Shown one piece after another: positions 1-13,350 of a stretch of 64,000 bases of DNA. The first letter of the stretch is position 1; the number at the start of each line of letters is the position of its first letter. The DNA lies in contig OZ024742.1 of the NCBI GenBank assembly GCA_964016885.1, positions 105,400,001 through 105,464,000 on the forward strand, read 5' to 3'. Both the position numbers and the translations under genes were made by a program. The DNA is from Eledone cirrhosa. Lineage: Eukaryota. The notes below the pieces were generated by a model, which had not been told where the DNA came from, did no database searches, and saw only the letters and a list, made by a program, of their open reading frames with translations.

Positions 1-133
1 GTCATAGTTTCTTCCAGCTGTTCAGATGACGTGTTCACTGGACTTTCTTAGTGAATATTACACATTCACTTCCTAAAGTTAAACTACTTTTTTCGTCATG
101 TTTTTGTCTTATTTTTTTTTTACATCTTTACAG

Positions 134-177
134 GTCTTATAAACCATCTGGAGAAATTAATAAATGTGGTGCTGCAG
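134..177 (+). CDS. SERINC: SERINC-family gene, first visible internal exon (SYKPSGEINKCGAA)
   Basis: tttacag acceptor and GTTGGT donor. The phase-1 end joins in frame to 2289. Position matches the loop preceding a SERINC TM helix. Upstream exons lie outside the window. Confidence 0.7.
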
Positions 178-619
178 GTTGGTTTCCTTATATTTCAGTT
201 TGTTGATTATGTCATTACTATTGATTTATTGGAAACATAGTTGAATTGTTTTTGTTTAGCTCCATGTTAACCCTAATTGAGCAGACATATGATTAAAGGC
301 ATTTCAGCTGTGATCATAACATTTTTATTTTTCCTGATATAATGTATGAAGGACAACATTATCCAATGTATTCTTCCCTGATTTTCAAAAGGATTTGAAC
401 ACCATAGGCAGTGTATTTTATGAGATGTAAACAAAAGGGTTAAACACTGTATGTGGTTCTAAATCCTTTATGTAGTAGTACATGCTCAAAGATTTCCACA
501 GAGGTTTGAAAACTGGGTTAGGGTGTTTATTTCAGCGTTAAATCTTCTAGATTTAATGAAATAGGTTATGCCTGATGAATTTTCTTGGTAATCCCTTATA
601 TTTAACATCTAATACTACA

Positions 620-1020
620 TCCCAAAGACTGTTCTTCCTCTTCGGAGCCAAAACATACTTTGCCTCTGCTCTGTTTGTGACCCTCTACAAAACTTAAGAC
701 TTTCAGTTGTGTACTGCTCTGATATCTGAGATGTTGCTGATACAAACCTCCTAGACTGCTTTCAAAAGAAGGCCATCTGACTGATTGGCAAAGATTCACC
801 CACTAACACACTACAAAATCTGACCCAAGGTCACACTGTCTTCTCATTCACTCTGCCTGTTTTATAACTATGGCAAAAACCTCTTCTCTTCTGAACTAGC
901 TAGTTGCACATTACCTCCACATCCATCCACCCAGTACCCGTTGCTCCTCATCTTGCCACCCATACTATATTTCATTTCCCAGGCCTTGCGTTACAAAATT
1001 ATGACCAATTCTTTGTTGAT
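620..1020 (+). mobile_element. Degenerate LINE 3' ORF remnant (CR1/jockey-like)
   Basis: Broken frames reading QKKAI*LIG...LFSSELA, resembling post-RT C-termini; heavily decayed. Confidence 0.3.
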
Positions 1021-2288
1021 TTACAAATTTCAAACTAAGCAACAATTGTTGCTTAAGTTGATGGCCCATGGGAAAAAAAAAAGAACAACAATTCTAAATC
1101 CCATCTGTTGATTGGACTAATTTAACAGTTTTGCTATGTAAACTCATTGCTCTTTGCATTGCATTTCCAGACCCTATAATGAACACGTCATAACACTTCC
1201 CAATCTCTATAGCAAGGACCCACTGCACCAGGGATAGGGAAGCCTTTGCCTACAGATGAAAGTTCACCTGCATTCAAACCAAAACCACCTGTTGACAATG
1301 TTTCTAAAATCCCATGTCATCATCATCATTTTTACATTGACTTCTCCATGCTGGCATGGGTTGATTGGGGCCTTTTGAGGCAATGTTTTACAGCTGGATG
1401 CCCTTCTTGAAACCAATCCTTCTGGTCACTTCTAAACAAAGATCACATGGCTTATGTATAGAAAAAGTGTAATCCTTAAGATCAAAGCAGTATTTTAATA
1501 GAAGTTGCATATCTATGAATTTGTAAAATTTGCAGCCACATCTACACCCTATTGTCTTAAAACAAAAGAAATCTCAGATATAATACATCAATAAAATATC
1601 ACCCTGTTCAGAGCAAGAGCATCTTTGATCATATCTCTGTTGGATATAAAATAAGCTAGAGCAAATACTGATTATCAATATCAACAACAGCTTTCATTTT
1701 CTTTTGATAACTGATATCATTGAACAAACAGTAGCAATACAACAGATCAATGTTCTACATCATTATCCTTTTATGTCTGTTTTCCATGCTTGCATAGCTG
1801 GAACATGAGGATGATGACTAGTCATGGTTATTTTGTTATTTGGCAGAGGTTTTCTGGTTGGATGCCTTTCCTATCACTGACCACTTTAAAGTGTGGACTG
1901 GGTGTATTTTATCATGCTATCAGCACAAGAGAGGCTGTCTGTCAAAGCTTAACAATCCTCTCTATCCTGTATCAGATTTGATTCAGAATAACAACACTCT
2001 AGACAGGTCACCTTCTTTATGGCTTATGGAGCCCTCATCTACCCTCTGAACTCATTTATTCAGACTAACTGCTTTCCTTGATGGTTCACCTTCTCTATGG
2101 TTTATGGAATTCTCATCTGCCCTATGCAGTTTTATTTATTCAGAATAACAACTCTCTTACACGGGTCACCTTCTCTAAAGCTTATGAAGTCCTTGTTTAC
2201 ACCATACAATATATTCTTATTTGGTTCCTGCTTGTTTACAACTACAGAAATATTTCCTTTTAATTTTCTGTTTTTATTATTTTTCCAG

Positions 2289-2462
2289 GCACAATCATCT
2301 GTGGCCTTCTGTTCTACCTCTTAGCTATTGGAGGTATAGTGTGGTTGTTTTTCAATTACACACGTATTAGCGGTTGTAACATCAACAAAACCTTCATCAG
2401 TATAAATATGGGTCTTTGTCTTTTATTGAATGTTGTCACCATATTGCTCTGTACTTCCAAAC
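2289..2462 (+). CDS. SERINC: SERINC exon (GTIICGLLFYLLAIGGIVWLFFNYTRISGCNINKTFISINMGLCLLLNVVTILLCTSK)
   Basis: ttttccag/GTAAGT. Two TM helices around the family motif Y-T-x3-G-C-x2-N-K-x-F-I-S-x-N. Confidence 0.93.
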
Positions 2463-2971
2463 GTAAGTTTTAATCCCTCATTTTATTTAACAGAAGTGTT
2501 TTTCACATTGAATACAAAATTATTTATATATTCTTTCAAAACTCAAAACCTGATTTAACACAACTATTTGGCCTGTATCTGTTTTATCAGAGTCCACTCT
2601 AAGAATTTAGACCAGGCTCTGAAAGGATATAGGTCCTTTTTCAAAGATATTTTTTCCTTTTCCTCAGCTTGCCGAAATACATATTTTTATTCCATTGGAC
2701 TACTTATAGCTGATGTAGCTCCATAATGGATTCCTGGGATTTTTGTTTTTACATTTAGAATAACCAATTGAAGTAGTAGTTTCCATTACACAGTGCTTCC
2801 AAGTTCTTCATAACAAGACAGAAATAGTGAGTGAGATAGAGAGAGAGTGATGTGGGTAATGAAAGTTAGAAATAGACAACTCGAGAGAAAAGGAGAAAAT
2901 GAGAAAGAGAGAGAGATTGAAAAGGAGAAACATGAGGACATTAAAGTTTTATTGTATGTACAATATATAAA

Positions 2972-3265
2972 TAGGCAGCAAATTGGCAGTCATTAGAATG
3001 TCAAATAGAATTCTTTGTGGCTTTCGTTCCAGTTCTTTGTGCTCTGAGTTCAAAACCCAGCAAAGTCAACTTTGCCTTTAGAGGTTAATAAGAAGTAACA
3101 GTCCAGTACTGGGGTCGATTCTTCCTCTCTCTCTCTCTCTCTCAGAAATTAGCTGTGTTCAGACCTGGAGAGGAAATGGGCTTCACATGGTTTAAAGTCC
3201 CTATGCACACTATATGTTACTATGGCACCTCTATGACTCCATTGAGAGTTACAGGTCCATATATG
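2972..3265 (+). mobile_element. SINE family A, alternative-tail subfamily (also 8170-8515 -, 13375-13640 -, 19527-19830 +)
   Basis: Family A head and core followed by a shared ~120-bp tail (cagctgtgttcagacctggagag...atggcacctctatgactccat.gagagttacagg.ccata) seen in four places. Confidence 0.7.
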
Positions 3266-3835
3266 CATCCACACATACAATATACGATCTATTAACATGT
3301 AGGTAATGACATAACTGATGACTTACATTGATTACATAGAGTTTGGTGGGATGTAGGCTAATTGCATGGAATTTGATGTCATCTAAGCTGACTGCATATA
3401 AGTTGATTTGTGAAAGCAAATGACTTAGTGGTTAGGGTTTTGGACTGGCTATGAGTTCAATTCATTGAGCAAAACACATTATTTCATGTTGCTCCAGTCT
3501 ACTCAGCTGGAAAAAATGAGTAGCAGCAACATTGGTACCAAGCTTTATTGATCTTTGCCTTTTCCTTGGATAATATTGGTGGTGTGCAGAGGAAAGACTA
3601 GCATGCATGGGCAACTGCTGCACTTCCATAAAAACACCATGCACAGGGTTGCACCATGAAGACGATCTTTCCAGGTGCAACCACATGGTCAGTCTTGACC
3701 AAAGGTGTCCTCTGCCACATGTGAATTGATGACCTGTAGACAGTCAAAATAATGTTGGCAACTTATCTCAGGTTAACGATGAAAGTGACAGAAAGTATGG
3801 AATTATGAAATATTTGATTATATTTCTTCTTTCAG

Positions 3836-3931
3836 GAAATAACAATGTTGGAATTTTGCAGTCTTCTGTAATAACTCTATATGTCATCTTCCTGACATGG
3901 ACAGCTTTGTCCAGTGAACCTCCAATTGATG
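3836..3931 (+). CDS. SERINC: SERINC exon (RNNNVGILQSSVITLYVIFLTWTALSSEPPID)
   Basis: ttcag/GTAAG. Matches the SERINC signature GLLQSSVITLY..YLTWSA.S.EP. Confidence 0.96.
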
Positions 3932-5984
3932 GTAAGCTATGGTTTTGTTATGTCTCTTATTTATTTTATGCCTTATAAAGTAACAAGCAGGTGGTCAATT
4001 TAGTAGAGTGTAGGATATACATTCTCTGTTCAAATCTTATCAAGGTCCACTTTACCCTTCATCTTTTTGGGCTCGATAAAGAAAGTATCGGCCAAATGTT
4101 GGTGCAGCCCTCTTTTCTTCCAGCTGCCACATGCTGGATGTTCTGCTGGAGCAAAGGAGGGAGGATCAAAAGGGTGTTTATGTCTGCTTGCACCTAAAGC
4201 CCTTAGTGACAACATGGTACATACTAAAAAGTAATCACATGGCAAGACCTGTAAAATAAGAGGTAAACTGCTGATGATCTGAGTCCATGGCTCAGACTCT
4301 ACAGTTCTATGCCAACATCTCATGAAAGTAATTATGTTTTAACTTAGGAGTCCAAACCACAAGAAACTGCCCATTGTTCTATGATATATAGCTGTTTATT
4401 TATTTAAAAATCTTTCATCATAATTTTATGTAAGAATTTTTTGTTATGTTCCAAACACCAGCTTAAACTTTTTGATCACAAACTGCCTGAAACCACTCTA
4501 ATTCTATTAAACAAAGCTGTTTATTTTAAAGTGTATACATTTATCTAAAAACATTCCTTCATAGATTTATATAACCTTTTATGTTTCAAATATGAGCTTA
4601 ATAATGAGAAAGTTAGTTATATTTCTAAATCTCAAATTCCTGATTATTTTCAAAGTTATTTGAAAATCATCAATAGTATTTTTCATTAGAAATATGTTAA
4701 CAAAAGAGTTACAGTTTTTATCATTATCAAAAAAATTTTCAATAAAAAATAATGTTAAGTTATGTTCCAAACACCAGCTTAATAATGAAAAGGTTAATTA
4801 TATTACTAAATCCCTGTAAATTCTTGATTATTTTCAAAATTATTTGAAAATTATAGCTTGTGTCTTTCAAAAAGTTTTAAAATAAGGTAACAAAAGATTA
4901 AAGAACAACTGAGTCATTCTTCTATATATGTCCCTACAGATACCTCACTTAATCTAAGCTCCCAAACAACAAACAGTTCACTCATGTTTCTACTGCAGCA
5001 CGACAGGTACAAAATCTTCAGAAAGTCCTCCATTATCAACACCTGGTAGCTGGTTGTTTACTCACCGAAACAATGGCTGATGTTTGTGCACTACACATCT
5101 TGTTAGCTCTCTTACCTCCCATATTGTTATAGAGCCTTGTGTTCTTTTGTCAAAATGGTTTCTAGAATTTTCCTACTTGTAAGTGGCTGAGCATTCCAGA
5201 GACATGTGTACCTTTAATGTAATTCTTGAAGATATTCGTCATGACACGGTGTGTGACAAGGCTGGCCCTTCGAATTACAGACCATCTGACAGACTTCCAA
5301 CTGTTCAAACTACCCAATTTCACTCACAAGGCTTCAGTTAATGCAAGGCTATGGTATATGACACTTGCTCAAGATGCCATGCAGTAAGATCGAACTCAGG
5401 ACTTAATGACTGTGAGCAAACTGTTTCACCATTCAGCCTTGCTGCATTTGCAAGGCAGAATTTATAGAGCAATGAGTAAATGACTTTGCAGTTTGGGTTC
5501 TATTTCTTCCATTCTGAATTGAAATCTTGTCAAAGTCAACTTTGCTTTTCACTCTTTCATTAAAATATAGTATCACTCAAATACAGGGGTTGATTTTAGC
5601 CACTGCACTTCTTCTACCCTACACATTTTTGGCCTTGTGTCTATGACCATCTTAAGGCACTGTAGTCCCTACATATAAAGATTAACGTTGGGTTCCCTAG
5701 GGAACAGTGCATTGTTTTCTCTTGGAGTCCACCTGGTAAAAGGGCCCAATGATAGTCTACATATATCATGGTTGTGTATGTAAAGGTTCCAGTGTCTTGC
5801 TTTACCTAGAGGCCTCTAATGCTGATAAGGTGACTCTGCTTGTGTCAATGTGAAAAACTATTACAGAATCTGTTGAGCATCAGATTAAATTATTTTGCAG
5901 TGTTCAATAAGTCTCTATTGAGGTTAACTTTGCTTTTCATTTTGCTTATGTAAAAGAAAAATCAGTATTATTACTATTAGGCTA

Positions 5985-6200
5985 ATGGATTGACAGTCAT
6001 TAGAATGTCAGACAAAAGCTTCACAATATTTGTTCTAACTCTTTACTTCCTGAGTTCAAATAACACCAAGGTAAAAGTTTCATTATTTTGGGGTCGATAA
6101 AATAAAGTACCAGTAAAGTACTGACGTTGATATAGTGAACTTCCCCCTCTCTTTATATTGCTAGCCTTTTGCCTAATGTAGAAATCATTATTATTATTAT
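5985..6200 (+). mobile_element. SINE family A copy whose tail abuts the 3' splice site of SERINC exon 6212
   Basis: ggattgacag head, gagttcaaa B-box, ggggtcgataaaataaagtacc core, ttgctagccttttgcctaatgtagaaa(tta)n tail. Confidence 0.8.
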
Positions 6201-6211
6201 TTCTTTTTCAG

Positions 6212-6392
6212 TGTCTCTGTCTGATACAATTCTGCCAAAGAACTCATTCAGTACATTACTCATGTCTAGCTCAGATAACTCTGCAGTTAATGATACATTA
6301 TTGTACAGGTGTCGTCCCTATCCTGTGATCAGTGATGATATATCAGCCTATGGAGGCTTGGTCCTTATGATTGCTCTGGCCCTCTACTCCAG
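6212..6392 (+). CDS. SERINC: SERINC exon (VSLSDTILPK...AVNDTLLYRCRPYP...YGGLVLMIALALYSS)
   Basis: tttttcag/GTCAGT, phases 1 and 2 consistent with neighbours. Extracellular loop with NDT sequon and C-x-P, then a TM helix ending LYSS. Confidence 0.9.
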
Positions 6393-9300
6393 GTCAGTTC
6401 TGCTTTGTTGATTTAGGAGGAGGATGGTGGTGGTGGTGTTGTTAATAGTTGTTGCTATTGTAACTGTTCTTGCTGCTGTTGTTGTTGTGACAGTATTCTA
6501 GGTAGTTGTTGTTGCTGTTGTTGTAATGATTATTGTGGTGTTGTTGTTACTGTGATTGTTATTGGTGTGGTGCTGATGATAGTTGTTGCTGTGGTAATGA
6601 CAGTGGTGGTGATAGAGGTTGTAGGGATGTTTGCAGGGGTGGTAATTGTGATGGTTGCTATACTGCAAAATTCCAACATTGTAGTGATGGCTGCTGGAAT
6701 GGTTGTAGGTATTGTGGCTGTGGTTGTTTTTATGATGGTCCATATTATGATTTAAAAAAAATCTGTTATGGTTGTTTGTATTTTATTCTGTATTTATTTT
6801 GATTTGTTTGACATTTCTCTTAAATAGATATGTGACTCCCCAGTAGTTACTCTTCAGACACACATACACCCACTCACACACATACATCTATACACACATA
6901 CACATAAATCTATGCATGCAAACACATTCACACATATCCAGCCTCAGACATACATACACCCACCCACACTCGCATAAATTGATGCACATACACACACACG
7001 TATACCCTCACATATACTAAACTCTCTCACACACATGCACACACAAATGTATATATTCATATACACAGATATATACAGTAATCTATATTGACACAGTTTT
7101 CTCACTTCTCTCTTTACATGAGCTATGTTAACCTGTTCCTAACAGTGTTACATCTCCCATGACACTAATTATACTGATTACTGTGTAATTATAGAAAACT
7201 ATAGTATTCACTGTACTCTTGTATAACATATATCATCTATCAAGGAGTGTGTTACATGTGTGGGTGGAAGTTGGGCTTTGATTAGGTATCTAGCAAGCAT
7301 TGGATAATATACTGGATTCAGTGAATACTTATGAATTAGTAAATCACAGAACTGACCAGTTTACTTCTCTGCTGAAGGTGATTTAAAGATCCCCATGGGA
7401 CCTATCAATATACATATAGATATGACTCCATGTATTTATATATTTATAACCCACACTCAGTGCCAAATTTAGTTATAAGCTACAGCTTATGGCCTTACAA
7501 TTGGCAGAGGCCTCAAAAAATATATAAATCAATAAATGTATTCATTCAAAAATAATTTGCATTTTTCAATTTAAATGCTTTATTCTATGGTAGTGGGTAT
7601 ATGATTGCTTGATAATGGGTTATCATGCATGACTAGGTTAGCCACTCCACTACTGTGTGTAGCACAAACATGACTAGTGTTACTCATGTCTATGCAATTA
7701 GTGTGAATCTTATATGTTGTGCTTTTCATCATTTTTGCTAAAGTTTGCCATTAAATTATCATTAAATGAAGTTTATTCCATTAAAATGATTATATGAGAG
7801 GCGAGGTTGACTTTGCCTTTCATCCTTACGGGGTCGATAAAATAAAGTACCAGTAAGGCACTGGGTAATTGCTGGCCTTGTGCCTAAAGTAGAAACAATT
7901 ATATAAATACAATTTATATTAAAAATATATTTTAAAAAGAGGAAAAAAAGAAAAAGAAAAAATGTTTTTGATTTTTGTAAGACTTGGTATGTTTTTTTTA
8001 AATAAGGGCCTTTCAAGCACTATATATATATAGTATAAGGATTTATCAAGTCTAAATCTAGCACTGCTCACACTGTATTGATACTCCAGAAATTGTTCGG
8101 CCATCAACCTTATGCCATTATGTAAACGAGCTGTACTTGTCATAGTCTTTTTATATTTTAATAAATTAATAAATGTATGGGCCTGTAACTCTCGATGGAG
8201 TTGTAGAGGTGCTATCATGATATACATCGTGGACACCTTAAACCTGGCAGAACCCATCATCTCTCCAGATCTGAGCACAGCTGAGTTCTTCCAGAGAAGG
8301 AGAGAGAGGGAGAAAGTGCATATGTGAGAAAGAGATATAGAGGAAGAATCGACCCAGTACTAGACTGGTACATTTTTTTATTTATCGATTTTGAAAGGAT
8401 GAAAGGCCAATTAACTTCTGCAGGATTTGAACTTGGAGCACAGAGAGCTTGAACAAATACCACAAAGCATTTTAATAAATAGCATTCCATAACTATCAGT
8501 GGCAGTTTGGGAGAGAAAGCTGAGTAAAGATCCTGAAATAACAATAAAACTGGTTGATTCAATACTGCAAAACAGCACTCGTGAGCCTAATTTGTGAAAA
8601 TTAAATACAGTGAAATTTAAATACAAATAGATATGAATCTATATTATATATAGTAACTTCTAGGTCTTGGGTTCAATTCTATTGCATGCGATATTTTGTT
8701 GTGCATTTTGAACAGGACACTTAATTCTACATGTCTCCATGTCTCAGAAATAAGTATCAGATCATCTGAGAATGTTAATGTGATATGACCAGTGTACTAG
8801 GCAGGAGAATATTTGTCTATTATTTGTTTAATATAAAAGCAGAGCTGAGCATCTAGCTTCAAAAACCTTTTAGGTGATCCAAATAGGAAACTACTACATG
8901 ATCACAATACTTACTAGAAATAAAAACCAAATTTCCTTTAAATCATACAGTACCATCTTAAAAAAGGAAGGATATATTGGTTATTGAATTATAGACTGGA
9001 TTGTTATGACTGGAACAACAATAATATATAGTCTTTCAGATTGGAAACCTTTTCCTTTGTTACACATAACCAGAATTGACTTAAAAGCAGCATTGTTTCT
9101 TTTTTTGTTGTTATATGGTATTACAGAATCCAGAAAGCTGGCCTATAGTTTGGATTTATTGGTTAGCTGATTGGAGGACACGGTTTTAGATTAACTTTCT
9201 TTTCATAGTTAATGTCCTCTACCACATGAAATCATATTGACAAAACATTCTTGAAATGTATAAAACAGCATTATAACTGTCTCACATTAAAAATTTGCTG

Positions 9301-9500
9301 TATTTATGGTAAATTTTTACAATGAATCTGTACACTAGTGAAGATACTATAAACATTTGAATCAACAAACCTGTTTTTAGATATTTTCTGCTAAATCTTT
9401 GCATGATGTTAAGAGTTAACATCCATATTTCTATGTTTGCATGAAAAATGTTATGTAATGTAATATAAGTGCTTATGTTTCTCTTACTTCCTCTTCTCAG

Positions 9501-9552
9501 CCTTTCATCTTCTGGTCAATCCTACAAACTAAAATATAAACCAAAGGAAAAT
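9501..9552 (+). CDS. SERINC: SERINC exon (SLSSSGQSYKLKYKPKEN)
   Basis: Strong pyrimidine tract plus CAG, GTAAAT donor, phase 2 to 0 keeps the frame. Confidence 0.8.
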
Positions 9553-10112
9553 GTAAATATACTTTTTTTTTTTGTCTTTCATAAATTTCTATGCTGTAAT
9601 TTTGTGTGAATGGTTTCATTAATACTATCATATTTCTTATGATATGCACTACATTTCAATTAATTAGTGAAGAATTTTGATGGATTTACGAAAATTATTA
9701 ATTCATCCAGGCCGAAACAAATGAGATCGTGTAGGTGTCACGACAAAAAAACACACAGTCCACGCTGTAATGTGGCCGTGTAGGCAACACGGTAAAAACC
9801 TCCCAGACCCACACTGTAAATGTGGTTGGTGTTAGGAAGGGCATCCAACTGTAGAAAACCTGCCAGACAGTCCTATGCGAGCAAGACAACCACTCTTGCC
9901 TCAAGTGGGACTACCCCCGTCCAAACCCATGCAAGCGTGGAACACGGATGTTAAACGTTGATGATGATGATGATTTCAATAAGAGAGAATCTGTAACATG
10001 GTTCTTATAAAAAGAATCGTGTTGAAAGGTTGGTGGGTTCTTATATAAACAAGAACCCTTTAAATTAGTGAAATATTTTGAAGGATTTACTTGTATTATT
10101 ATTTCATTATAT

Positions 10113-10300
10113 AAGGCGGTGGATTGGCAGTATCGGTAGAGGGTCGGACGCCATGCTTTCCAGCATAGTTATGTCCCTTTACGATCTGAGTTCAAATCCC
10201 GCCGAGATTGACTTTGCCTTTCATCCTTACGGGGTCGATAAAATAAAGTACCAGTAATGCACTGGGTAATTGCTGGCCTTGTGCCTAAAGTAGAAACAAT
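10113..10300 (+). mobile_element. SINE family A, well-preserved copy (tRNA-like head plus Meta-domain-like core)
   Basis: A-box-like ggtggattggcagtatcggtag, B-box gagttcaaatcc, core gactttgcctttcatccttacggggtcgataaaataaagtacc. Near-identical to 27240-27425. More than 20 copies in the window. Confidence 0.88.
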
Positions 10301-11233
10301 TATTATTTCATTATATGAAGTTGATAAAATAAAGTACCACTTACGCACTGGGGTCGATTTAATTGACTTTCCCCTCCCCTAAAAATTGTTGGCCTTGTGC
10401 CTAAATCTGAAACCATTATTTCATTATTAAGATGGTATTTGTAACAAATGGTTTTTATATAAAATCACATTGAAAAATTTAAATTCATGGTTTTGCTTCA
10501 TAGAATCAGTGGCAGTTTTTTGGTGAGTTGTTATTAAAAGAGTTAATCTATCAGATCTCACTATAATCATCACCACCACAATCACCATCATTGCCATCAT
10601 CACCACCATAATTGTCATCATTATCACTATTATACTTCATATTTAGTTTTCTAAGCTGGCATGGTTCCAGTGTATTTACATCATTGCTTCTTCACAGTTC
10701 TGAGCTGAAATCTCACCAGCTTTGTCTTTGCTTTTCATCTTGCTTTAGTTGATCAAATAATAATCAGTAATGGAGTTCAATGACTGTGAGGTTAACACTT
10801 AATGTCTTAATGTCCTGTACTGCATGAAACCACATTAACAAGGCATTTTTGAAAAACAGCACTATGACTGCATCGCATTAAAAAATTATAGTCTTTTCTC
10901 TATTACTGCAAATTTTCACAAATGACGTAAAATGATGATGATGAGTGTGCATTAGTAAATATACTATAAACATTTGAATTTAAAAGAATATATATTTTTT
11001 TAGGTATTTTCCAGTAAATTGTTACTCCATGTTAGGAGTTAACACTTTTATCTGAAAACATGTTTTGAAATAGATATTGTTATACTTTGGGAGGGTCATG
11101 CTGCCAATAAAAAACACACCTTATTGGATTTCACTTCAATTTCTTATTATAATTTCCATGGAGGTTAGTATAATAACAGGAAGGTTGTTTAGTTGTTGTC
11201 ATCAATACTCTTTCATCACACAATCTATGACTT

Positions 11234-11335
11234 CAGTAACTACTTTTATTGTTACTTTATGTCTCTCCTTTGTTCTATTCTACACAGTAACTACTTTTAT
11301 TGTTACTTTATGTCTCTCCTTTGTTCTGTTCTACA
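11234..11335. repeat. 51-bp tandem duplication
   Basis: cagtaactacttttattgttactttatgtctctcctttgttct(a/g)ttctaca occurs twice. Confidence 0.9.
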
Positions 11336-11644
11336 CAATCCTGTTTTTGTGAATTGTGAACGTGAGCTGAGCATGCATTATATCTGAGTTTGTGTCTGCG
11401 TGTGTGTTTGTTTATTTATTTTTAAGATATATTTATTTGTTTATTTATTTATGTGTATTTATTTTTCTCTCTCTCCTACTTGACTTTAGTTAGTTACTTG
11501 TTCTATCTGGGTGTGTCTGGTTTATTATTTTAGTTCTTGGGTGTGTCTCTTCTTTAACTTGTCCTTAGTTACTACATTTTGCTATTTCACTCTTGCTTTT
11601 TGTTTAGTTTTGGTCACAGTTCATTTATGTTTATCACTTCAGTA

Positions 11645-12145
11645 ATCAGAAGAAAGGTGTAGAAAGCAAACTCGCTGTCTTCAATTTGGTTTTCTTGCCA
11701 ACCTTTACCTATGGTCATGAATCTTGGGTAATTACGGAAAGAATAGGATTGCAAATACAAGCACCCAAAATGGGGTTTCTCTAAAGAGTTTTTGGAGTAA
11801 CGTTACTCAATAAAGTGTGTAGCTCAGAGATTAGAGAGACATTCCAGGTAGAGACATAACTTCTCCAAACTGCGAGATCACAGCCCTGATATTATGGACA
11901 TGTGGTTAGAATGTCTCAGGAAAGAATTGCTGGACAGATTTTACAGGCAAAAACCAGCCAGCAAGAGACCCAGGGGTAGACCCCGAGCAAGATAGTTGGA
12001 TAACATCCATGAGCTTGGCTGGTCTTGCTTGTGGATCCAGCCGGATCAGTTGGAGGCAGTTGCTTCTGACAGGACCTGCTGAAAGGAGTGTTTGAGGACT
12101 GTGACCCATGACCCTCTCAGGAATAAGTGGTCAAAGAAGAAGAAG
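11645..12145 (+). mobile_element. RTE-clade LINE 3' fragment
   Basis: KAKLAVFNLVFLPTFTYGHESW...MGFL*RVFGVTLLNKV.SSEIRE...YYGHVVRM, ending in a (GAA)n tail. Confidence 0.82.
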
Positions 12146-12149
12146 CTTC

Positions 12150-12612
12150 TGTAATCTGTCAGTGCATTGCATCTGTTCTGTGTGTGGATATAATTTTTAT
12201 CTCTATGTTCTCTAGTGTGCCCTCATGTTCTATTTTGGCATGTTGGTGAAGAACTGATTAGTTCTTTCCATCTTGGAGTTCTCGCCAGTGTTCTTTTATC
12301 CTTTCTCCTATGCTACGAGCTGTCTCACCTATGTATGTCATGTTCATATTCCTACACTGCCCCTCCATACATCTTATGCTGTATACTGCATTCCTAGTTT
12401 TACAGTTAATCTGTGGGCTTAATCTGTTGACTATACATTTTCTATCAGTGCATAGGGTTTTCTCAAAAGGGTACATTCTACTAATCAGGGCTTTTATAGG
12501 AATACTTGGCCTTTCTACTATCTTAATATTTGATTTTAATTTGTCTAGGGCCCTTCTAAATCTGTATGCTAGTTCGCCCCAGGGGGTTACAATGATGAAC
12601 ATTACATTCTGG
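12150..12612 (-). mobile_element. Penelope-like element fragment: Cys-rich linker plus GIY-YIG endonuclease
   Basis: ORF 12258-12725: CTDRKC...NCKTRNAVYSIRC...TYIGETARSIGERIKEH. Confidence 0.88.
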
Positions 12613-12757
12613 TATTTGTTGCAGCAAAGTTGACCTTTTTTGAGATTTGAACTCAGAATGTAAAGAGCTGGAAGAAATACTTCAAAGCCCAAAATTGCTG
12701 CCTTTGTGCCTATCGTAGAAATCATTATTATTATTATTATTGTTTGTTTATTTCCAG

Positions 12758-12794
12758 TCTGAATCTACTACATGCTGCTGTTCTAATAAAAAGC
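12758..12794 (+). CDS. SERINC: SERINC 37-nt micro-exon (SESTTCCCSNKK)
   Basis: tttccag/GTAAGT. Supplies the phase 0 to 1 shift needed between 9552 and 15871. Cys cluster resembles the CCFC loop of SERINC5. Confidence 0.8.
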
Positions 12795-13049
12795 GTAAGT
12801 AATATTTATCATTTTAATTCTGTGTTGTCTCATTTGTTTTTATTTAGTTAATTTAAGCTGAGACCACCCTGGGACATTGCCATTGAAACATATTATATAT
12901 TAGATTTTACTGACATTACTAAACAAAATTTAAGAAATATGTATTTTATTCTCTTCTGAATTTTGCTCTTTTTGATTTTGTGTACTGAGCACTGTGCTGT
13001 TGAATACTTCATATTATATAGGAAGAGAATGAATAGATACCTAATGATG

Positions 13050-13350
13050 ATAACTACTGGCATTTGTTGATTAAAAACTTGAATTTTGGTCTTTTTAGCA
13101 TTGCATTGTAGATCTGTTTCACTTCATTCTCAATTCTCAAAAATGCTACATGGGCCTGATGCATTTCTTCTGTAAGTATTGCCAGACCATCAGTAAAGTC
13201 AAGGTCAGTTATAGCAATGACCTGTACTTTCCTACTTCTTTGTTGTTGAAGCTGGTATCCCATTTTCTGTTCTGTCATTAAAGGTCTTTCACATGATATG
13301 GCAAAGAGATACAGAGCTAATATTTCTCCTTGAAGTACTTCAGCTTCAAT
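13050..13350 (-). mobile_element. Non-LTR reverse transcriptase fragment
   Basis: VLQGEILALYLFAI...ITDLDFTDGLAIL, i.e. degenerate QGD.LAP and FADD motifs. Confidence 0.7.

Noticed and set aside
6498-6802. His/Thr/Val/Cys-rich ORFs here and at 10427 and 39112-39367
   Set aside because: Degenerate trinucleotide repeats (GGT/GAT/GTT) in introns, open on both strands.
12258-12725. Intact 155-aa nuclease gene
   Set aside because: The N-terminal part is read-through across SINE fragments; the rest is a truncated Penelope GIY-YIG domain.
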